Source: Octopus vulgaris
Taxonomy: Eukaryota
Direction: 5' to 3'
DNA: 64,000 bases
Assembly (NCBI GenBank): GCA_951406725.2
Contig: OX597814.1
Span: forward strand, 103,664,001-103,728,000
The notes under the pieces are model-generated. The model saw only the letters and a program-made list of their open reading frames with translations. It had not been told where the DNA came from and made no database searches. The translations under genes and the position numbers were made by a program. Position 1 is the stretch's first letter, and each line of letters starts with the position of its first letter. This document shows positions 55,103-64,000 of the stretch, piece after piece.

Positions 55103-57770
55103 AAAATGGGGAAGGCCGGTTTATGGGATTACCGTAGGTTTCCCGTCCATAAAGGGCTTAGCATTATGGCGTATCGTCTGATCCCAAAAACCTGTTGGCC
55201 CAAGACCTTTTAAAAATATGGAGGAGGAAATGCCTCACTACGCATAGGTAACAATTGGGGATTATCTCCCTTTGCTACCAGCTGTCGACTTCCGGCTGTA
55301 CCACCATCTTATAGTCCCCCAAAAGTTAGCAAGAACCTCCTGAAATGTGAACATGGTCCCAAAATCTCCGTTCTGCAGTTAAAGATGTTCCTTGGTTCGA
55401 GTGAGTCCTTTAGGATTTTCATGGGTTCGGCTATGCATAACTTGCACCGCTTCGTCCCGTTGATACAGGGGTCTGGGTTTTCGAGGATTTTCCATGAGAT
55501 CGAGTATGAAATCCCATCGTCTCTTAGTTGCCAGACGTGGCTGGCCGGTGATGTTATGTATCTCCTTTCCAGAACTCTGAAGTAAGACCTGTGCTTGGAG
55601 AGACGTTGCTTGAAAGAGTTCCCCGAACATCCAATGTATCTCCATGGGCGTGCGTTGTCAGTGCTGTATGTGTATCTGCTGGCGTTGCTGCTGTCTCCGA
55701 CATCGTTACTGTTGGAGCTGGGACTGCTGGAGATGGTGGTGGCGGTGGTAATGATATCGCCACTGCTGGTTGTGGTGAAGGCGCTGTTGTTGTTATTGTG
55801 GTCCTCGTCGTTGGTGGGAGAGTCGCCATTGCTATTAGAGGTGTCATTAGCTGTGGTTCCACTGGTGTTTCTGCTAGGGACACTGTCGCTGCTGCTGTTG
55901 TTGTCATTGCTGCTGCTATTACCGTTATTGCTGGCGGCGGCACTGGACCTGTTGCTGCTGCTATACAGGTTGTCAGGTCTGCTGCTGTGGACGTTAGGGA
56001 AGCTGTGGGTAATGTTGCTGCTGTTGTTAAGCAACAAGACGGGTAAGGCTGATTAGGTGATGGTCTAGGGCTTAGGGGCGGGAGACCCCAGACCTTGGGA
56101 AAAAAACTTTTGTCGTCTTGTTGTAGCCGAGGACTCTTCGTTGACGCCCGACACCACTGGGAGGTGGCCCCCGAAGTCGCTGGAAATGGAGATCTCCAGG
56201 TCCAAATTGTTGGACGGCTGCTGCTGCTGCTGATGGCGATGTTGCTGTTGTAATTACTGTTGTCGGTTTCCGTCGAGGGGACTGCCAAGGATGTCGCTAG
56301 TGCTGTTATTGTTATATTTGCTAATGTTAACGGTGGCGATGGTGGCGGTGTTGCTGGTTCTTTCTCGCATCTACTGCTGCTACTGCTTGTAGCGGTGGTA
56401 TTGCCAGGGTCTGCTAGTTCTTCGGCTTCATAGATGACCCCTTTGGTTTCGCAGTGGCCTCCCACCGGGTGTCTGTTGCGGTCCCTGCATGAACATCCTG
56501 CCTCTTCCTGTAGCCTAGAGGCGGTAACTAGGATGCTCTTCATATTGGGGGGTTACGGCATGTAGGAGATGTGGTCCCTAAATCCACTGGCAGCTAGGGC
56601 CTCGTTATAGTATGGGGCCGCTGCGTCGAAAACCTCTTGGCTGGAGGAAAGGTTCGTGATCTTCTTACAAACACTTTTCACCAGGCTTTTGAACACAATG
56701 AGTAGGTGGCAGGGGGCTATGTTGATATACGTTAGCCTCTCGTTTGGTTTGCGGTAGGGTCTGTATGTACGAGAGTCCAAGTCGAGCGTGACGTCTAAGA
56801 AGCCTGCAGTTGTGAGGTTGGTCTCTATGATGATTTTCCATTTCTCCTACAGAGATGGCCTGGGCGTCATCTCTGTAGAGGCGAAAGAGGACAGAGAGAA
56901 ACATTTTCCTAAGGGTATCGAAGATTTACAACCCGATGAGGTCGCATACGTCAGCGCTGTCGAAGGCTCCCATCGCTACGTGAAAGGAGCCCGTGGGGTC
57001 GGATTGCTTGGCTCATGCCGAACCTTTGTTGAACAGCACTGTCTTTCTGGTATGCTTAATGACTTCTATATCTGTGTCGCTAACGTCAGTGAAGCCCCCT
57101 AGCAAAAGAAAGCGCCTCGGCCAGTTGTCCTTTTGATATAGACGGGTAAATGTCGACTATATCAAACTGGGAGAACCTTGCTCTGCCTCTTCCCTTGTTA
57201 GTGTTAAACCATGTGGTCACTTCGTTGGTGGTGCGCCACAGGGAAAGGCTGGCGGCCCTCCTTATGTCGTTATTGATATTTCTGAATATGTGCTTGCTCG
57301 CCAGACTAATCTCGGATTTGGCAGGATTGATCAGGTGGCATTTAGGGTTTGAGGCAAAGTTCAGTTTATGACTTTTATGGTAATGAAGGCGTTTCTTTTA
57401 GCTAGGATCTTTATCCTCTCAGCTATCTCTAGTTCGTTAGCTAATTTTTTGGCTTCATTGTTGATGTTGTTATGTGTGTAGGAAATGCGCCTGTAAATTT
57501 GTGTGATATTATTTTCTAGTAGTTTATCGTAATCTAGGGTGTCTATCCTATATAGTTTTTTCGTCTTATTAGAGAAGGTTAGGGACTTACCTGAGTTTTT
57601 TTAACAATCTAATGTCGGCCCGGAAGCTTGTATTGGAAGAAGCAAAAGGACTTTCAGAATTTCAGCTTGGGAACGATGCCCAATAAGCCCACCTCGAAGG
57701 GTTCGAGGTCCTTGATTTTCTGTAGATATTTCCTCGGTCTGATTCCATAGTTGTTGTCCTGCACGATACA
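55103..57770 (-). mobile_element. Naiad-type Penelope-like element, frameshifted, GIY-YIG split by a large insert
   Basis: NNYGIRPRK..DLEPFE, FSNKTKKLY, KNAFIT, CHLINPAKSEI, SQFDIVDIYPSI, FHVAMGAFDSADV.DL, LYRDD, TAGFLDVTLDL..YRPYRKPN..YYNEALAASGF, CSC..GVIYEA [insert] YIGCSGNSFKQRLSKH..HVWQLRD..ISWKIL..CKLC..CSH. Confidence 0.9.
55120..55190 (-). ncRNA. Type I hammerhead ribozyme (U4A) at the 3' end of the minus-strand PLE
   Basis: uuuuUGGGAU-CAGACGA-ua CG CCAUAA..UUAUGG a CG g-GAAAC c uac g GUA^AUCCCAuaaa. Confidence 0.72.
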
Positions 57771-57784
57771 TCTCACGGATGCTT

Positions 57785-58250
57785 TGGGGTGCACCATCTG
57801 TGACGTTTCGAGCTCTTAGTTGGCTTTGACTCCTTCAACATCTGTCCCCTTCTTCCATTTGACCTGCTCGGGGTTAATCAGGTCACAGCTTGCTTCCCAG
57901 TAGCAGCAAAATACCGTTTTACACTCTGCAGCTTCGGTGATAGAACTTAGCACACTTCTGTTTGGTGCTTCAGTAACTCCAACCCCAATTAAAGGTTGCA
58001 GTGTGAATGCCCCATCAATCTACTTCGATTACCCCGCAACGGGCCTGCCAATTTTGGCTTCAGCATTGCTCTACCAGCTCCCGGTATTAAGCAAGCTTCC
58101 TCTCATCGCTCTCCTCCATGCATTCTTCCCAGAGCACAGACAGTTCCCGCACGATTACCAGCTGGGTGGAATCTGAGGCTATGGAAACAAGGCATTCGCA
58201 TAATCTGTGATGAAGTGAAGATATACGAAATATTCCTGCCCCTAAATTTC
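57785..58250 (-). mobile_element. HERO/R2-group non-LTR element 3' fragment (REL endonuclease + UTR)
   Basis: QLVIVRELSVLWEECMEESDERKLA*YRELVEQC*SQNWQARCGVIEV resembles the ELTVPWEE..ERK..KY..L..C...W signature of HERO-type elements. Confidence 0.65.
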
Positions 58251-60231
58251 ATATGGAGGTCATAAGCTTCACTGAAACACCTAAAACAATAACGTGATTA
58301 AAACATTTCTGATCCAGCTCTGCGATTCTCTTTTTTCTATTTGTACTCTGTAACCTTTAACCGCCAGAAAGAGAAAAAGAAAGAACTTTGACTGGACTCT
58401 CTCTTTCGATGTAAAGAAGTAGCTAAAGCCTGGAGTTTTAAATACTGGTCGTATATTGTGCAATTTAACTGGCACTATAAAAACACTCACACACACACAC
58501 ACACACACACATTAATATGCTACTCCGACAATGGTAGGATCACCAAGAAAGTACTCACTCGAATGATATATATATATAACAATTAAATTTGAGCTATTAT
58601 AAGTTTCATGCACTGATAGTGCAATAGTCGGATTCGCTTGTAAAGCGTGTCGTGTGCTATTCTGCAATCTTTCAAGGCTCAAAATAAAACATTTTGAGAC
58701 TGAAAGATTGCAATGGTGTAAAAATAGGTAAATTTAAAATCTACGGCGTTGTGACTTGAATAATGTCGCGTAAAGTTCAGATTATAGAGCCGTAAAAGAT
58801 AAAATGTTTAACCGATAGAGATAAAAAAAAAATTAGTCAGTTTGTAGAAAGACTTAGATGAAAATTCCAAGGTAAAAATTTAGTAGCGTGTCAGCAGACA
58901 GTTTCATTGACTGCATAGGAATTTTGGAATAAAATGAAAGGTGTCTCCTTTGCACACAGCTTCCAACAAATTTAAACGATAAGAACCATACTAGTAGCAG
59001 GCTGAAAGATGTAAAATTTCCCATTTTATTTAAACTCAAATAGACTCGATTCTTTTATGGACCAAACGTACTTGGACAAACTTGTCCCTAATCGTTTCGT
59101 AGGGAATTTGAAGGAGTGATTGTGGTGATGGTTTGAATTTGGTTTCGATCAATCCATTAAAAACTTTTAACACAATATCGTTGCCTGCTTATACGCTAAC
59201 ACAGAAATTCGGTTGTCCAGAGCAATAAAATTAGAAAGAGATATCGTATTATTGCTGTTTTGGAATTTTTTTAGCATTTAAACAGTTAAAAGAACAATTC
59301 TTATAAAAAAAATAGCTAACTTTGGCTTTGCTTCTGTTAAAAATGTTTATGATTCCACAGGAATTAAAAATAAATTGAAAATAGAAATTTATTGGTGATA
59401 ATTGTTCTTCCATTTAAACTGAAAGTCAGATTATCCCACATGTTATTTCCACATGTTATCCTACATGTTATTTCCGGGTCTTTGTACTTTGAAGGATTTC
59501 AGAGGTGTCATCGATTTTCGCTGGAAAAACTGCCATGATATAATTATAACACCGAAAATTATTTTCGTTGAAGAAAAGAGAAGGGATGCCCTTATTAATA
59601 TTAGACATTATATTTCGTTGAGTTATGGGTGACTGATAGCATTTCACAATGATATAAAACAATTTCTGCTTAATATTTATCTATCTAATGTCTTTATTGT
59701 TGTTTCATTTATCTTATTTTACAAATTTTTCTTCGATAGACAACCTCGCCGACCAATCTTACCGCTTTTCACTTCTTCCCCCATTTCTATCTCTCTACCC
59801 TTCTCCATAATCACTCTAAACCCATTCTTTTTTTCACTTATTTTCATTTTCATTATTTTTATACTCTTTTGTGTTACATGATCAAACAATACGAATCTTC
59901 ATTTCAGTAATGTCATCCAATCTAAGCTCGTCTTTGTTATTCGAATATTTTCACTCCATCTTTTATGTTTTGTTTTCCAGTATCGTTCAAAGATCGGAAC
60001 TAAATTTTACCACATTGCTTCTCTGGGTAAAGCAATTTAAACTCAAGGAACTGATTGCTCCCCGCCGCAGCAAAACACAGTGGAGGGCGATATTTACAAA
60101 GGACTTGACTGACATTTGCATCTGTCACGCTGGCGATAATAGCCATTCAGCATAATATGAGAAGCCAGCGAACCGTGGATACTGAATGACTGTACGGAGG
60201 GAGTTTTCTCCTTTCTTCATATCAAACAGAC

Positions 60232-60494
60232 TTGGCTACCTGCTTACCTGTGTCTTACCTGGCTACCGACTTACCTGTATTTTGCCTGACTACCGACTTA
60301 CCTGTGTCTTACCTGGCTACCGACTTGACTGTTTTACTTGGTTGCAAGCTTACTTGTGACTCACCTGGTTACTGGCTTATCTGTGTCTTAACTGGCTACT
60401 GGTTCACTCGTGTCTAACCTGGTTACCGGTTTATCTGTGTCTTACCTGCTTACTAGCTCACCCGAGTCTAACCTGTTCCACTGGCTTACCTGCA
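60232..60494. repeat. 27-bp minisatellite (~10 degenerating units)
   Basis: Unit CTTACCTGTGTCTTACCTGGCTACCGA. Confidence 0.9.
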
Positions 60495-61475
60495 GTTATA
60501 CAGAAAGCCCTTCGTAGCAGCATCTATACGTGTGTACAACTTGTGGCGAACTAGCAATGTTCTTCCTCACACCATTTGCATTGTCAGGAGACGGAGGTTA
60601 AAAAACTTCAACCCGCCCCTCGGTAAAGGTCGTTCTACCTGCCCCTTTTGGAGATAACCCGGTACATAATTGTTTACAATTTATATTGATCTCCTCTTCA
60701 ATGAAAAGGGGAGGGAGAATCCCCGGACACCTTGGCACAGTTACATATTCAGTAAGACTTTGTAGTTATCTTAATGGACCCTAGAAGCTGACTGGTACAT
60801 GATTTGACGAACTTGGCTGGATTCAGGGTAAAGTTGGCTTCAGCGAGATTTGAACCCAGAAAGTTTAAGATCGCAAATAACTGGGTAAAAATTATTTTTT
60901 TCACTTACGTGAAATGAATGAAATGAAGAAATGACCTTAGTGAGAGTCGATCAGAAGTAGAACACGTGTTGTATATGAGTAGAGTGACCTGTCGTGTTAG
61001 CGCTTTGTGACTGATTAACTAGAACCTGGTGCGGACAACGATGTAGGGTGAAAATAGCCGAAGCAATGTAGAGTAGATGCCGTATGAGAGACTGGAATGG
61101 GAGTCGTCCTGTAGGGTAATGGGTAGGGTAGAAGCTTGGTAAGCGACAGTTAGATGGTTCAAATCGTGTCAACGGACCTGTTGTTATTTTCTATCTCCAA
61201 TGGGCGATAAATTGTCAAGTGACATCTTAGTGGTTCCATGATTGAAGACTTTGTAGAAATAAAGCGAATAGCGACTGTGTCGCGGCAGTTGTTATATTTG
61301 GATTTTAATCTCAGATTTGGCTGCATACAAACGTGCAGAAGGAGTGTGTGGCTATCGAAAAAGAAGGTTGTGTGTTTATACACACATACACACACATACT
61401 AATCGTATTACACGCGGATGACATCCCAAAGTAACATGCGTGCGAATGCATATTTTGTTTCTCTCTCTCTCTCTC

Positions 61476-61519
<44 letters not shown>

Positions 61520-61705
61520 TTACTTTGTGTGTATGTGCATATATGATATAAGAATGCTTGTTATACATCATGCATATGTGTGTATATTTGTGTGAATGTG
61601 TCAATTATGAACGTATATCTAAACGAGCGTGTATTATATGTATGCATGTATGTATGTGTGTATGTATGTATGTATGTATGTATGTATGCATGCATGTATC
61701 TATAT

Positions 61706-61748
<43 letters not shown>

Positions 61749-62721
61749 CGTGCGTGCATGTAGGCATGCATGTGTGTATGTACACCAACTTTTAAAAGCG
61801 AAAATAAGATTCGTTGTGAACGAATGAGTGAAGGTATCGCATAACATATTACTTGGCAGCAGCGGCAGCGGCAGTGGTGGTCTCTCTCTCTCTCTCTCTC
61901 TCTCATTCACACACACACACACACACACACACGCATTCACTCACTGTTTCTGCTTTCATTTCTCCCTCACCTCTCTCCCTCCCTCTCTCTCTCTGCCTCC
62001 CTTCCTTCCCTACACGCATCTGTCTATCATTTCTTTCCACGCACTCTCTTTTTCAATCTCTCACTTCCTCTCTTTGCCCCTCTCTTTCTCTGTCCCCTCC
62101 CCCCTCTCTCTCTCTCTATTCAATCTTTACCATTCACACCATTCCATCAGGACCATTTCGCTGGTTGTTGCAGTATCCACAATACATCTCCTCTTCACTG
62201 CATCCTATCTCATGTCAACCGCCGTCGCCGTCGACGCCGCCGCCGCCACCGCCGCCTCTGTCGCGCACTTTCTGCCAGTGGAATTAATGGTCTGGCATTT
62301 TTTTCCTACACTTTAACCAATTCCTTCCGAAGCATCATCACAACCATTACTATTATTATTATCATTATTATTATTATTATTGAAACCATGTCTGGACTGA
62401 AAAAGCGACTGAGTGGATGCTTTGCCTGTGAGAGGTTCGTACAATTTTCTTTTACAGATTTCTTCGTTGTTCCCGTCTTCCAAATCTCTTTGACAGCTTT
62501 TGCGTATTTTTCTATCATTTATTTATTTTTCCATTTTCTTGTTGTTGTTGTTGTTGTTAGCAGAGCACCTTCGATTAAACATTATTACTGTTATAATAAT
62601 GTTCGGTTTCGTTACTTGCTTAAATTATATATTTACTTGTTTTCCGGATGTATTTCCATTTCTTCACTGAACCAAACAAAACGCAGTCTTCGACACGGCC
62701 CACACAGTTTCTTTTTCTATT

Positions 62722-62769
<48 letters not shown>

Positions 62770-63269
62770 TCATACTTTCATACTTTCTTTCTTTCTTCAT
62801 TCTCTCTGATTCTTTCGCTCTTTTTATCGTTTTCCTTCTTTCTTCCACACCACACATGCATTTCCAATGTCGTAAATATGAATCTTACATACATTTATGT
62901 GTGTGTGTGTGTATATATCTATATATATATATATATTGCATATCAACGGTGTCCCTTTATGTGCATGTATGTATGTATGCATGCATATGTACAAGAATCT
63001 ACATACATATATCAACACTAAGCAATCGTACACGAATGTGTACATGTTTCCAGTTATCTATATATCTATCTGCCTATTACTAGATATGTGTGCGTGTGGG
63101 TGTATAACGAATAACTTTACATGTGTGCCTGTGTGTGTGTGTGTGCGTGCGCGCGCGCGTGCGTGTATATATTTAACATACATACAAATGCACACCCATA
63201 TATCCTTTCATACCCACATAAATGCACAAAGATATATACACAAACAAATATACTAGCTTATATGGGGAG

Positions 63270-63398
63270 GTGTATTTGTGTATGTGTAAATATATATATC
63301 TATAACTATGTATATATATATATATATGTGTGTGTACATGTATATGTATATATATATATGTGTGTGTGTATATATACATGTGTATATATATATGTGTA

Positions 63399-63439
<41 letters not shown>

Positions 63440-63679
63440 ATATATATGTGTGTATATATATGCATATATTTATGTATATATGTATATATATGTATATATA
63501 TATATATGTAAATATATATATATGTCTATATGTACATATATGTATATATACGTATATATATATATATGTTTATATATATGTGTGTATATATATATATATA
63601 TGTGTGTGTGTGTAGCATGTGTATGTATGTGCAAGTGTGAGAGCACGTGTATGAGTACGTATGTGTACAAATACAACAC

Positions 63680-63722
<43 letters not shown>
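63270..63722. repeat. Degenerate TA/TG microsatellite field (similar fields at 36330-37700, 46600-46900, 47222-47337, 49740-51390)
   Basis: Directly visible; source of the many YI/CV/HT pseudo-ORFs. Confidence 0.97.
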
Positions 63723-63727
<5 letters not shown>

Positions 63728-63875
63728 CAAATATAAAATATAAAATATAAATTACAAAGTGGGACAAGAACGCAAAAACACACAGAGACGACACAAAAAA
63801 AAAACAGACGGGTCACTCGAAGCCTCTAATCTTCAGTCGGAACCGGATCATCTTTGCAATTTCGGCTGTTTAATC

Positions 63876-63922
<47 letters not shown>

Positions 63923-64000
63923 GTGTGTGTGTATGTATGCATGTGTGTATGTGTGTTTCTGTGTATACATCCTTACATATGGTGATGTTGTCAGCAATGC

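Noticed and set aside
55309-57770. Selenocysteine recoding/SECIS, as reported for some Naiad PLEs
   Set aside because: The conserved Cys codons checked are TGT/TGC; stops and frameshifts look like decay; no SECIS-like AUGA/AA/GA hairpin recognised.
57800-57850. CAGAUG...CUCGAAACGUC in the HERO-like 3' UTR as a hammerhead
   Set aside because: No supporting stems I/II in this copy.
63795-63875. Type II-like hammerhead on the minus strand (CCGAAA...CUGAAGA)
   Set aside because: Stems I-III cannot be formed adjacent to the core boxes.

Overview
Repeat-dominated, AT-rich eukaryotic DNA with no supportable host protein-coding gene. The repeat inventory (dense TA/CA/TATG/ATA microsatellites and characteristic tRNA-SINEs) resembles an octopus/coleoid cephalopod genome; this is inference. 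Contents: decayed R4/Dong non-LTR retrotransposons stacked in (TAA)n tracts; mariner, Tc1 and Tigger/pogo DNA transposons; one autonomous-type Helitron remnant and four non-autonomous Helitrons; RTE and HERO-type LINE 3' fragments; several SINE families; and at least six Penelope-like elements (PLEs; RT plus GIY-YIG, Neptune-like and Naiad-like), two with uninterrupted 3' ORFs. The strongest hidden signal is about a dozen type I hammerhead-ribozyme (HHR) motifs, read by eye. Each lies roughly 10-100 nt upstream of a (TA)n or related microsatellite at a PLE 3' end. They include U3-A8 covariant, U4C and long-stem-II cores, tail-to-tail pairs across one TA tract, and fold-back palindromes built from the ribozyme end. 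One Naiad-like PLE has its GIY-YIG motif split by a ~790-nt low-complexity, mostly open insert. Most of the ORF track is microsatellite noise. All assignments come from motif recognition; no search or folding program was run.
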